NCBI RefSeq assembly: GCF_963921235.1
Contig: NC_086107.1
Coordinates: 92,754,001 to 92,818,000 of the forward strand
Length of the DNA: 64,000 nucleotides
Reading direction: 5' to 3'
Origin: Mobula hypostoma
Taxonomy: Eukaryota
This document shows positions 47,345 to 60,148 of this stretch, piece after piece; the first letter of the stretch is position 1, and every line of letters starts with the position of its first letter. A program made the position numbers and the translations under genes. The notes below the pieces were generated by a model. It was not told the DNA's origin. It made no database searches and saw only the letters and a program-made list of their open reading frames with translations.

Positions 47345-47708
47345 AATAGACAATAGGTGCAGGAGAAGGCCATTCGGCCCTTTGAGTCAGCACCACCATT
47401 CACTGTGATCATGACTGATCATCCACAATCAGTATCCAGTTCCTGCCTTATCCCCATAACCTTTGATTCCAGTATCTTTAAGAGCTCTATCTACCTCTTT
47501 CTTGAAAACATCCAGAGACATGGCCTCCACTGCTTTCTGAAGCAGAGCATTCCACATATCCACCACTCTCTGGGTGAAAAAGTTTTTCCTCAACTCTGTT
47601 CTAAATGGACTACCTCTTATTCTTAAACTGTGGCCTCTGATTCTGGACTCACCCATCAGCGGGAACATGCTTCCTGCCTCCAGCATGTCCAATCCCTTAA
47701 TAATCTTA
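47345..47708 (-). mobile_element. CR1 LINE 3' fragment (subfamily of 34328-34895)
   Basis: ORF 47429-47692 GESRIRGHSLRIRG...FFTQRVV; same CAATAGACAA tail. Confidence 0.92.
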
Positions 47709-48451
47709 ATGTTGGTGGTTAATGCAAACTGTATGCTTCAATATGCATGCAGTAACTAAATCCTCCTTCTTCCGACCTTTACCTCTTCCACCTATCATCT
47801 CCCAGCTTCGTACTTTATCCCCCCTCACCCACCCACCGCCTCCCCTCACCCCCACCTGGTCTCACCTATTATTTGCCAGCTTGTACTCCTTCCCCTCCCC
47901 ACCCCCTTCTGCCCCCTTCCTTTCCAGTTCTGATGAGGGGTCTCTGCCCGAAAGCAATACCAGAATACAGAAAATAGTGTAGCAGTTCCAGACTGTTCAT
48001 TCCTCACCACAGGTACAACTTAACCTGCCGAGTTCTCCAGCTCTTTTAGTTTGCCCCTCTGGATTTCCAACAACTGCACAACTTCTTGTGCTTATGGTAA
48101 GCTGCCCGACCTGCTGAGTTCCTCCAGAATTTTTTGTGCATTGCTTTGACTTTCCAACAACTGTGCAATCTCTTGTGTTTATACAGTGTGCTCGCCTTCA
48201 GAAACTGCAGAATAAAATATAAAGTTGGGATGTCATATGACTGCTTCACAAAACGCAGGCTAGCAGGGGGATCCCAACCTTTTTTATCCCATGGACCCTA
48301 CCACTAACTGAGGGATCTGTGGACCCCAGGTGGGGAACTCCTGGGCTAGAGTATCACCTGCCAGCGTATACTCCTTCCCCTCTCCCACCTTCTTACCCTG
48401 ACTTCTGCCCGCTTTTCTTTCCGGCCCTGATGAGGAGTCTTGGCCCAAAAG

Positions 48452-49515
48452 TTCAAATTTCAAAGTAGAATTTATTATCGAAGTTCATACATGTCACCAC
48501 ATACAACCCTGTGATTCTTTTCCCTGCGGGCGTACTCAGCAAATCTATAGAATAGTAACTGTAAACAGGATCAATGAAAGAACAGGAGCATAGAAGACAA
48601 CAAACTGTGCAAATGCAAATATAAATAATTAACAAAAATAACGAGAGCATAAAATTACGAGATAAAGAGTCCTTAAAGTGAGATAATTGGTTGTGAGAAT
48701 ATCTCAGTAGATGAGCGTAGTTATCCCCTTTTGTTAAAGTCCGATGATTGAGGGGTAGTAACTGTTCTTGAACCTGGTGGTGCGGGTTCTGAAGCTTTTG
48801 TACCTTCTACCTGACGGCAGCAGCGAGAAAAGAACATGGCCTGGGTGGTGAGGATCTTTAATGATGGACGTTGCTTCCCTGTGACAGCGTTTTATGTGGA
48901 TGTGCTTAATGGTTGAGAGGGTTTTACCCGTGATGGACTGGGTCTAACCCCTAACTTTTGTTGGATTTTCTTCTCAAAGGCACTGGTGTTCCTATACCAG
49001 GCCATAATGCAGCCAGCCAGCACACTTGACACCACACATCTGTAGAGGCTTGTCAAGGGTTTCGATGTCATGCCAAATCATCGCAGACTCCTGAGGAAGT
49101 AGAGGTGCTGTCGTGCTTTCTTTGCCATTATATTTATATGATGGGTCCAGGACAGGTCCTCTGAGATATTGACACCCAGGAATTTAAAGGTACTGACTCT
49201 CTCTATCTGCTCCTCCCATGAGCACTGGCTCATGAACCTCTGGCTTCCCTCTCCTGAAGTCTACAATCAGTCCCTTGGTCTTGCTGACATTGAGTGAGAG
49301 ATTGTTGTTATGACCTCACTTGGCCACATTTTCAATCTCCCTTCTGTATGCTGATTCATCACCACCTTTGATACGGCCCACAACAATGGTGTCCTCAGCA
49401 AACCTGAATATAGCATTGGAGCTGTACTTAGCCACACAGTCATACGTGTAAAGTGAGTAGAGCAGGGGGCTGAGCACACATCCCAGTGGCGTTGCTATGT
49501 TGATGGTGATTGTGG
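48452..49515 (-). mobile_element. Rex1/Babar LINE ~1.06-kb 3' fragment with RT motifs
   Basis: GCVLSPLLYSLYTYDC...FRFAEDTIVVGRIKGGDESAYRREI; tail AATAAATTCTACTTTGAAATTTGAAC. Confidence 0.92.
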
Positions 49516-49796
49516 AGCAATAACAGAGTGCAGGTACAGAGAAAATGGCGTGCAGGTCAGCAGTAAGGTGCAAGGGCCATGTTGAAATGGACAGAGAGAT
49601 GAACAGTTCATCTTTATCATACTAGAGGTCCATTCAAGGATCCTTTAATTGTTGGATCGAAGATGCTATTTAGCTTGTTTGTATCTTTTTCAAGCTTAGC
49701 GTAGCGACATTGCTGGCTGCCCCCTGAGCATCCTTGGATTGTGTTGATCGTTAATGTAAAACGACCCACTTCACTGTCTGTTTTGATGTTTCAATG

Positions 49797-50220
49797 TCAT
49801 CATCATCATCATCACCATCACTATGTGCCATATCTTATGACATCATCATTATGTGCTGTGTCATGTGACATCGGCAGTCATGGTCCATCCATGACCATGA
49901 TTGTTCTTGGCAAATTCTTCTACAGAAGTAATTTGTCATTGCCATCTTCTGGGCAGTGTCTTTATAAGACGGGTGACCCCTATCATCATCAATACCCTTC
50001 AGAGATGGTCTGCCTGGCATCAGTGGTCGCATAACCAGGACTTGTGATATGCACCAGCTGCTCATACAACCATCCACCACCTCCACCCATGGCTTCACAT
50101 CAGCCTAATCAGGGGCTAAGCAGGGGCCACACCTTGCCCAAGGGTGACCTGCAGGCTAGCAGAGAGAAGGAGCACCTTACACCTCCTTTGGTAGAGACGC
50201 ATCTCGACCCCGTCAGCCGG
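49797..50220 (-). mobile_element. Short RTE-derived element, second copy, with (GAT)n tail
   Basis: Colinear with 41414-41797; (CAT)n at 49797-49820. Confidence 0.75.
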
Positions 50221-52635
50221 TTTTGAAACACATGTGACAACTAGGGCTAATCTCTAAAAAACTGATCGGCCTTCTGAAGCTGTTTTGGGATTCAACATGT
50301 GAATATGTGCAAGATAATAGTTCTCTTGATGCAGCTAAAGGCTGACGTCAAATCCAGTTGCAGAGATCCTGATGGGAGGGGTTGACGAGCAAATAACCAG
50401 ATAAGAGGGGTCTTTGATAATTTTCTATTATTGTGTCAGCAGTAAGACTCATGTTGTCATGTTGCCTACACCACGACAGTAACTAAACGTCAAAATGCCT
50501 TCATTTTTTGGAGCACTTTGTGCTGTGATGTAATGATAAAGCTGATATTTTCTTGCATCTAGGTTATACTTTACCTGACTGCATCTCTGTGACCAACCCT
50601 TTCAAGTTCTGTCTCACTATTTCAATTACGTCATTCCTATTAGTCATTCTACGTAATTGGCAAGGAAAAGTACGTTGGATCTCTGTAAATCAATTTTGAC
50701 ATCAACCTTCAGTTGCATCGAAACACTATTAGCTTGCAGATATTTGCTTATTGAATGCCAACACAGCTTTGGAAGGCCATTTTAAAAATTTTATCCTGAT
50801 TTACTACAAGTACATTGAAACATCAAAACTTACAGTGAATTGGGTTACGTTGCAGCAATGACAACACAGTCCGAGGATTCCGGCGCCCACTACTTACTAA
50901 CATTAACCCATACATTTTGGAATGTGGGAGGAAGGTAGAGCAGCTGGAGGAAACCACTGCAGTCGTGGCACACCAACTCCTTACAGACGCCAGCGGGGAT
51001 TGAACCCCTATCACGGGCGCAGCAAACGCCGTGCTAACCGTGACACGCTCCGGTGAAGGAAGCAAGTTTTAAGTAGCATCAGATGAAGGCAAGCGCGACA
51101 GCTGCAGGGAGTCAGACCACAACACCACATTTACATCAGAGGCATGCTAACTATGAACAAGTATAAAATATTAATGCCATGTTTTATGAAAATATGCTTA
51201 CAAAGATTAAATGTTATCCTGAGGAAAACCTCAAGTCCTTTGAGAGCAAAATATAGAACATCTCATTGTACTTTTCACTCTCTCTTTTTCTAAAGACGTT
51301 TAGTTGGACTGAGACATCTCTCCACATGTACCAGATATTCCCTGGTGGCTTGTTGCCGTGTCCTAGATAGGCAGCTTATCTGCATAAGTGTTACTATAAA
51401 TAAGGTATATTTACACACACATTAGCAGAGACTCCCACGATCCAGGCCGTGCCTTATTCTCGATGCTGCCATCAGGCAGGAGGTACAGGAGCATGAAGAC
51501 CGCACCTCAAGGTTCAACAATAGCTTCTTCCCCCTTGCCATGAGTTCTTGATAAACCCTAACACTTCCTCAATCTCCCTCTCTCTCTCCAAACTTCTACT
51601 AATATAGTTATGTTATTTTGTTGTTTATTCTGTTGTGTGGTCATAGACTAATATTGAACAGGATTAGGCCCTTTGCCCAAGATTCCCATTTAAATGAATC
51701 CCATTTTCCCTCATTTGGTCCAAATCTTTCCTATCCAAATATCTTCATATACTAGCATCAACCACTTCCGCTGGAAGCTCATTCCATGTCCTGACCACCC
51801 TCTGAGTGTAAAATCTGCCTTTCAGGTCCTTATTAAATCTCTCCCCTCTCACCTTAAACCTGTGCCTTCTGGTTCTTGATTCCCCAACCCAAGGGAAAAG
51901 ACTGTGTGCTTTCACCCTATCTATGCCCCTCATGATTGTATATATTTCTATATAATCACACCTCCTTCTCTTGGCAATAAATTACATTAAATTTATGCTA
52001 ACTTATGTTTGTCATGATTTTAAAGATTTGAAGATTAGTAATATTTGTCACATGTATATTGCAACACACAGTGAAATGTGTCGTTTACATCAATGACTAA
52101 TGCAGTCCTAGGATGTACGGGGGGGGGGGGCAGCCAGCAAGTGTTGCTATGCTTCTGGCGCCAACAAAGCGTGCCCAAAACTTACTGACCCTAACCCGCA
52201 TGAGGGGGGAGCCACAGGAGACCCGCACGGGGAGAACACGCACACTCTTCAAGGACAGTGGTGGGAATTGAACCTGGGTCACTGGTGCTATCGAACATCA
52301 CACCAGCCACTACACTATCATGTTGTGATAAGCTGTGCTACAACTCTCAAAAAGTTGATTTTCATGGCATTTCTACTGTGCGTGTGTATGCCTATGTCAA
52401 GAAACCTGAATTTGAACTTATAAAACACGGATCTTTTTTTTAAATGGTATCATTGGCATGTTTTGTAGTTTTGTTGTTGCTGTGCTCTGTGTCATTCTGG
52501 CCATTGTGGGCGTGCTATGTTGGTGCCGGAATGTGTGCTGACACTTGCCGGCTGCCCCCAGCACATCCTTGGGTGTGTTGGTTGTTTATGCAAACAATGC
52601 ATTTCACTACATGTTTCGATGTACATGTGACAAAT

Positions 52636-53511
52636 CAAGTCAAGTCACTTTTTATTGTCATTTCGACCATAAACTGCTGGTACAGTACACAGTAAAAACA
52701 AAACAATGTTCCTCCAGGACCATGGTGCTACATGAAACAACACAAAACTACACTAGACTAAGTGAGTAAACACAAGGCTACACTAGACTACGTAAGATAA
52801 CACAAAAACTACACTAGACTACAGACTTGCACAGGACTACATAAAGTGCACAACACTGTGCAGGGCAGTACACTAAATAATAAACAAGACAATAGGCACT
52901 GTGAATGTCAGTCTAGACTCTGGGTATTAAGGAGTCTGATTGCTTGGGGGAAGAAACTGTTGCCCAGTCTGGTCGTGAGAGCCCGAATGCTTTGGTGCCT
53001 TTTCCCAGATGGCAGGAGGGAGAAGAGTTTATATGAGGGGTGCATGGGGTCCTTCATAATGCTGTTTGCTTTACGGATGCAGCATGTGGTGTAAATGTCT
53101 GTAATGGCGGGAAGAGAGACCCTAATGATCTTCTCAGCTGACCTCACTATCCACTGCAGGGTCTTGCGATCCGAGACGGTGCAATTTCCAAACCAGGCAG
53201 TAATGCGTCTGCTCAGGATGCTCTCAATACATCCTCTGTAGAATGTGGTGAGGATGGGGGTTGGGAGATGGACTTTTCTCAGCCTTCGCAGAAAGTAGAG
53301 ACGCTGCTGTGCTTTCTTTGCTATGGGGCTGGTGTTGAGGGACCAGGTGAAATTCTCCGCCAGGTGAACACCAAGAAATTTGGTGCTCTTAACGCTCTCA
53401 ACGGAGGAGTCGCTGATGTTCAGTGGAGAGTGGTTGTTCCATGCTCTCCTGAAGTCAACAACCATCTCTTTGTTTTGTTTACATTCAGAGACAGCTTGTT
53501 GGCTCCGCACC
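52636..53511 (-). mobile_element. Young Rex1/Babar LINE 3' fragment
   Basis: KEMVVDFRRA...KFLGVHL...[16 protein letters not shown]...NSFFPQAIRLLN open frame; (GACTT)n tail; ACTACACTAG repeats in the UTR; host SINE tail rejoins at AAT. Confidence 0.93.
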
Positions 53512-54095
53512 AATAAACTTGAATCTTGAATTAATGTAACACCTTTAACGAATGGGCTAAAGATAACCCAGAAGTTTAACTGAGCACAGATTAACATTGT
53601 GAGTGATAGGTCAGAGAGGCAGGTGTTATTGAACATTCCAAGGGTAAGTTGAAGAGCTTTAGAGTATAAATTGCAGAACTAAGGGCTCAGAGAGATGAGA
53701 GTTTATGTGGCAAGAATAAAAGAAGTAGAGGAGAGGGGAAAAGATTCAGATTCAGACTAATTTATTTATCATATGTATTTAGAAACATACAGTGAAATGC
53801 GTCCTTTGTGTTTACACCCAACATACCCAAGCATGAGCTGGGTGCTGCCTACAAGGGTCGCCACACATTCTGACAGCAACATAGTATGTCCACAATGCTT
53901 GACAGAACAATGCAGAGAATAACAGGCAATGAAACAACAGCAAAACAAGCCACATTCCTTCCTCCCACGCGTGCACATACATTGTCCTCTAACCCCAGGG
54001 CAGACCATCCTCTTCGGCCTCTAGACTCCAGCAGATTCGTGAGTTTGCAGTCCTGGGGCCCTCAGCTCTCCAGTAGACTCACAGAGATTCATAGA

Positions 54096-54345
54096 TATGA
54101 TGTTTTGTAACTCCAAAACAGAAAACTAGTTGAAAGAAAAACACAGAAGACCAGAAGATGCACATCTTAGTTTTGTTTTGCTCTGGTGAGACGTGCACAT
54201 GTGACGTGGTGGCATAATGACGTATGCCATTTACATACTTTTACATATAACCTGCAATGAATTATTTAAATGAACAAAGAATGCTTAAGCAAATGACTTA
54301 CTTACAATTTTACTCAAAATACTATTTAACTATTAAATATAGACA
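54096..54345 (-). repeat. Gypsy 3' LTR
   Basis: Colinear with 58505-58755; purine-rich AAAATGAGGA immediately upstream on the minus strand. Confidence 0.88.
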
Positions 54346-54399
54346 TCCTCATTTTTAATTTTCTCATTCAGGCCCAAAGATTTACTCGCTGTGGAGGAT

Positions 54400-57370
54400 T
54401 TCTTACTGGTGGGATAATATCTTTCTTGATAAGGTGGGGTGGGGGGGGGTCACTCTGCTTGGCAGGAGAGACTTATGGCTGTGAAACAATCTCAGTTTCT
54501 GGGGCCTCCTCTGTGGAGATTGTAGGAGTCGACTCTGAGACTGCAGGATGTGGGTCTGACAGCTCTGGACACCTTTCTTCTCTAACAATCAACTCTGCTC
54601 TCCTCAACTGATCGATGTATCGTCTCCAAACAATCTCTACCGTGAAGGATAGTGGTCCAGTTCTGTCCTTAATTTTGCCATGTACCCATTTTTGATCAGT
54701 AACAAGGGGAAACACTCTCCCATACAAGTACTGGCTGAAACGTTTTGCACACTGAATCAAGGCCTTTCTCTCAATATGTGCATAATTTTTCTCTGCAGAA
54801 GTAAACGAATGTGTTGCAAAGTCTATGGAGTGTTCACTTCCATCGGCACTCGTAACATGTGACTCGACTGCACCTATACCATAAGGCGAAGCATCACAGG
54901 CAAGCTTCACTGGAAGATGTGAGTACAATGTCTGAAATTACCATTTGCTTTGTCCTTTGGGAAGCCTCCTCACACTGCTTTATCCATTTTCATTTCCTCT
55001 CAATCTGTAGTAAGGAGTTCAGGGGATTGGAGCATTGTAGCCAGGTTTGGCAGGAACCTGTTACAGTAATTGACAAACCCTAAAAAGGACTGCAACTGTG
55101 ACATCCTTTGGCCTTGGAGCATCCATCATTGATTGAATTTTCTCAGCACACTTGTGTAATTCTTGTGTGTCAATGGTGTGACCACAGTAAGTAATGTTTG
55201 ATTTAAAGAATTCACATTTGTCACACCATGATCTGAGCCCATAATCTTCTAATATTTGCAACACTGTCTTGAGATTTCAGAGATGTTTCTTATCGCCTTA
55301 CTAGGAACAAATGATATCATGGTAACAGAGTGCCTGGGCAGCTTTGCAATGCTGGCCAATAGCTTTCTGCTAGAGTGCCTATTATAGCAATAAAGCCCTT
55401 TATGAGTGTTTATGGTGAGAAATACCTTGGACTCTTCTTCCATCTCCATCTTTAGGTAGACCTCAGTTAAGTTCACTTTCCTGAAATATAGTTTGCAAAG
55501 GTATCCTTTATCCAGGGAAGAGGGTATTGATCTAATTTCACTACCGGGATAACGGTGATCTTAAGATCACCGCGGATCCTGACAGACCCATTCCTCTTGG
55601 CCACTGGCACCATAGGTTTTGCCCATCAGCTCCACTCAACCTTGAAAAGGATTCCTTCAAACTCCGTGTGATCACTGGCTACCTTATCAGAGTGTAAAGA
55701 ACCAGATGGTCTTTGTAAAACTTGGGTGCTGCATTTTCATTTAACACTATTTTACCCTTGAATTGTTCCAGTTTTCCAATGCCATCCTTGAACACTGCTG
55801 TGGCATCATCCAGTACTTTTTTAAATTCACTTTCAGTTGACTCTATTGCAGGGGATGGGCCTGTCACAATGGTGGGGCATTGGGAGCAAGGGTGGACCCA
55901 AGTGCAAGACACATCTTGTGAGGTTACTTAGATTTAGTTTATTGTTTGATGCCAGGAGAGCAAGACAGGAGCAGGAATAGCGAACTGGACAAGGACTGAG
56001 GACTACGACTAGGCTGGGACCAAGGGTCTGGGCTAGGACTCGGAATCGGCTCCCAGAACTAGAGGAGACATGAAAAGGCTAGGGTATGGACTCCGAGCCA
56101 GAGACTGGGCAAGGACCCAGTACTTGGGTCTTGCCTTGGGCTTGGACCCCAGAACCAGGCAAGGACATGACATGGGCTAGGGACAAGAGGAACATGGGAA
56201 CACAGAGCCTCGGTCTCAGGGAGCAGGTACATGGAACCACGGATACATACACAGAACACAGAGTTGGGACCCCTCCTTGGGTACAGGACATAGGGCCGGG
56301 ACTCACACACAGGACAGTGAGCCGGGACCCCTCCTTGTGCACAGAACATAGGGCCGGGACTCATGATCCTCCGCGGGGCAACGGCAAGACGACCTGACCT
56401 ACCCCACGGAGGCAAGGACAAGACACGACAAGACCAACACGAATGAACACCAGACAGTACCTATCTAGCTCCGGTGATGGAACTAGGGGCTGCAGATTAG
56501 GGCTAGAGGCGAGAGGGGCAGAGAAGGGATTCAGACAAGGGGGTAGGACAGGAATCACAGACCGCCAGGGCCAGGACTTGACTTGGAACTGGGAAGCCGC
56601 CAGGACCAGGACTTGACTTGGTACTTGAATGCCGCCGGAGCCAGGACTTGACTTGGAGCCTCCGGGTAGTGGCGAGCTCTCGACTCAGCCCAGGAACAGT
56701 AGACAGCGGTTCTTGATTCCCTCCGGCAGGTTAACTGACGGACCCACCTTGGTGAGGAAAATTTGCAGGCTCGCTTTGGCGAGGTAACTGGACAGGGTTG
56801 CTCCAGTGAGGAAGGATGAATTACCGGCACTCGCTTCGGGTGGAGACTAGGCTTGCTCCGGCCAGATGACATTGGCACGCCGTACCTTGGTGACTTCGCA
56901 AACGCTCCCGCTCCGAACAGCTGAAAGCCGGAGACCATAAACTATCGATTCAGCCGAGCGTTAATTGCCTCTAATCACCAAAGTTGAGGGACACGGGAAT
57001 ACAGGGAATCAATGGTCCGGATTGTAACATAAACAAGGTAAATTTAAAGGGACCCTGATCCGGAGCATGACAGGGCCATGCAAATAGTGGATGGATCTCC
57101 AATCAAGTGTAGTTGTCTCAGCCACTCACAAACCCACAATGCCGGCCCTCCTGTTTTTACCACATACACGCCCAATGTGGCTGGTTGGTTATTGTATTTC
57201 ACTTACAAATGTCATTCCCACAGGAGTTAGCCCTTCTCTAGTACAAGTTCTTTGTTGGATAGCTGCAGGCTTTAGTTCAGTATCTTTGAAATGCCATTCA
57301 GACTCATATTATGGAATGACTGAAACAGCTGAGTCAGTATCCAATTTCATGTTAATAAATTTGCTGTTCA
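54400..57370 (-). pseudogene. Gypsy pol remnant (protease, RT, RNase H, integrase C-terminal tail), split by a solo LTR
   Basis: MKLDTDSAVSVIP (protease), TINTHKGLYCYNR (RT), CEFFKSNITYCGH, LACDASPYGIGAV (RNase H), GPLSFTV...WRRYIDQLR; many stops and frameshifts. Confidence 0.9.
55862..57072 (-). mobile_element. 1211-bp solo LTR of a second LTR family nested in the Gypsy
   Basis: Termini TGTCA...TGACA, perfect 5-bp TSD GGGCC (55857-55861 and 57073-57077), AATAAA on the minus strand near 55940, internal tandem repeats. Confidence 0.88.
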
Positions 57371-57439
57371 CTTCTGGTGTAAGCCATATTGCTTGTCTAT
57401 TATTACAGTAGCTTTCACATTGTAATTCTCAAGGCTTCT

Positions 57440-58243
57440 TAGTCCTGTATCATTCTCATCATTATCAGATTTTCATTACAACATACAGATTAGTGCCCTT
57501 TTTGAAACTGCAACTTGACTTCTTACCTTTATTCTCCCCCGTGCAGTCCAATTATTTTTGTCTGTCCAACATGCTCTTTGAGTGTGTCCTACTTATTGCT
57601 TTTTCTGCAAGTTTTGCCTTTAAATCTGCATTGGTCTGGTGTATGTGAGTCTCAGCCACAATGGTAACACAAATTGTTCAACCAAGCCAGTTTCTTTTCG
57701 GACACTGCAATTTTGTTCACGCTCACTTTCATTCCTGACTGCAATTCAATTGCACCTCTGACTGCTGTTTCCATTGACACAGCGATTTCAACTGCTCTTC
57801 TAAATTTGAGTTGCACTTCAGATGGGAGCCATATTTGAATGTTTTCTTATGACTCCACTAAATGATCTCTCAGTGCATCATTAAGCCTATCACTGAACCA
57901 GCAATGCTCAAACAATCTCCTCAATTCAGGCATGTATGCTGAAATGGACTCCCCTTCCTTATGATTCAACTTATGAAACCTAGACTCTGCAATCAACAAC
58001 GGTTTGGGTTCTAAAAGTTCTTCCATTAATTTCCAATATCATCAAAGACTATTTTGGCAGGTTTGGTGGGAAAATTCAAACTTCTAAGTAAACTGTATGC
58101 TCAGTTACACTCAGCAAAACTAGAACTCACTTCTCATTGGCTATTTCATTTGCTTTAAAATGCTGCTAAATTTGCTCAGTATACAATATCCAGTTATCTC
58201 TTGTGATATCAAATGCATCTATCTTTCCAATGTAGCTGGCAAT
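57440..58243 (-). pseudogene. Gypsy gag remnant
   Basis: ASYIGKIDAFD...NWILYTEQ N-terminus and CYHCG...H...C-RFKGKTC...GH...C double knuckle remnant. Confidence 0.85.
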
Positions 58244-58504
58244 TTTTGCTTTTTAAGAATTTATTATTATTACTACCCGGTATTCACCCATAAACTTGTC
58301 TGTTTTCTGTCTTTTTTTTTAACTTGACTGGCTTTGTCACGTCTCAGAGAAGCACATGCTGTACTGCTTTTTAACTCAACAATTTCTCTCTATGCTTTTT
58401 TAAAAATAGAACCTCTCACTGTGCTTTTTTTAAACTCAAACATCTTGCTATACTTCAAAAGGTGGTAGTTGTCTCAGGTTCATTCAAAACTTACATGTCA
58501 CCAC

Positions 58505-58755
58505 TCTTATGATTTCCAACTCTAAAACATAACACTAATTGAAAGAAAAACACGGAGAGACTGGAAGACATACTCCTTTGTTTTGCTTTACTTTAGTGAG
58601 GCACACATATATGACGTAGTGGCCTAATGAGGTATGTCATTCATGTACTTATACATATAACCCTTAATGAATCATTTAAACAAACAAAGAATGCTTAGTC
58701 AAATAATATATATATAATATTACTCAAATATTATTGCCATATTAAATACACAACA
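58505..58755 (-). repeat. Gypsy 5' LTR
   Basis: Begins TGTTG on the minus strand; colinear with 54096-54345. Confidence 0.88.
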
Positions 58756-59289
58756 GCAGAATTGGGGCTCCAGCCATCAGGCTTCGATCTAACTTTTACA
58801 TCAACCTTTGGATCTTGATCTTTGGAATTGACCCAGGACTTACCAATGATGACGAATGAGGGCCCTTAATGAGGACTGAAATTCCAGGTCTGAAACTTTG
58901 ATTTCGCAGACTTGCAAACCTAAGGGATCACCGGCCCTTGTGCTTCCTGCCCATACGAACCTCCATTCCCGGAACATGCTAACACTGACTGGAGGTGGGG
59001 GGCCCACAAGCTCTTATCCTCAATGTTCCATAACCACATCACTGGCCTTCAAATGTAGACCAGAAGCTTAGATTCCAGTCTGTCCTCTAATTCCACCACT
59101 AACTGGTTCTAAACCCAAACCTGACCCCTAACCAACCCCCCATCCTCAAAACTATCCTTATGGATCTAAAAAACGCTGAAGAGCAGTGAGGTTTGAGCTA
59201 TAATCCCAATGGAGTTTGTAGCTCAGCAGGTGATAACAAAATGATGTCAAAGGTTGGCAGTGGGGAATAAGCTGTTGTTGGACATTCCG

Positions 59290-59990
59290 TGAAGCATAGG
59301 AGAATGAGGGGAGATTTGACAGAGGTATACAAAATTATGAGTGGTATAGATGGGGTAAATGCAAGCAGGCTTTTCCCCTTCAAGTATGGCAAGACTAGAA
59401 CTAGAGGTCATAGATTAAGATCGTAAGACCATAAGATATAGGAACAGAATTAGGCCATTATCTCTGCCATTTCATCATGGCTGATCCAATTTTCCTCTCA
59501 GCCCCAATCTCCTGCTTTCTCCCATATCCCTTCATGCCCTGACCAATCAAGAATCTATCAACCTCTGCCTTAAATATACATAAAGACTCGGCCTCCACAA
59601 CTGCCTGCGGCAAAGAATTCCATAGATTCACCACTCTCTAGCTGAAGAAATTTCTCTTCATCTCCATTCTAAAAGGATACCCCTCTATCTGAGGCTGTGT
59701 CCTCTGCTTTTAGACTCTCCCATCATAGGAAACATCCTCTCCACAATCCACTCTACTAAGGCCTTTCACCATTTGATACATTTCAATGAGATTACACCTC
59801 ATTCTTCTGAATTCTCATGAAAACAGGTCCAGAACCATCAAACGCTCTTCATATGACAAGTCGTTCAATCTTGGAATCATTTTCGTGAACCTCCTTTGAA
59901 CCCTTCCCAGTTTCATCACATCATTTCTAAAGGGCCCAAAACCACTCACAGACTTAAGGGTTAAGGGTGAAAAGTGAATTATTTAAGGGG
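59290..59990. mobile_element. Plus-strand CR1 fragment interrupted by a minus-strand CR1 3' fragment (~59420-59955)
   Basis: RRMRGDLTEVYKIM...TRGHRL resumes as GGTTAAGGGTGAAA after the insert. Confidence 0.85.
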
Positions 59991-60148
59991 AAGGCATTTA
60001 GCACAACCGTTTTACAGTGCCAGATGGCAATTATCGATCGGGGGTTCAATTCCCACCGCAGTCTGTAAGGAGTTTGTACTCTCTGTGGCCACGTGGGGTT
60101 CCGCTGTGTGTCCTAGTTTTCCCCACAATCCAAAGACATACTATAATG

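Larger units (their letters stand above)
54096..58755 (-). mobile_element. Decayed Ty3/Gypsy LTR retrotransposon (two-zinc-knuckle, Mag-like type)
   Basis: Direct ~250-bp LTRs at both ends, PBS-like TGGTGAC next to the 5' LTR, gag-PR-RT-RNaseH order, integrase core absent. Confidence 0.93.

Noticed and set aside
52908..53636. 242-aa ORF as a host gene
   Set aside because: Rex1/Babar LINE C-terminus with an N-terminus read from flanking DNA.
54091..58760. TSD of the Gypsy element (ATAGA/GCAGA)
   Set aside because: Only 3 of 5 bases match; compatible with age but not used as evidence.
59105..59145. Interstitial telomeric repeat
   Set aside because: Only one or two CCCTAA-like units inside another repeat.
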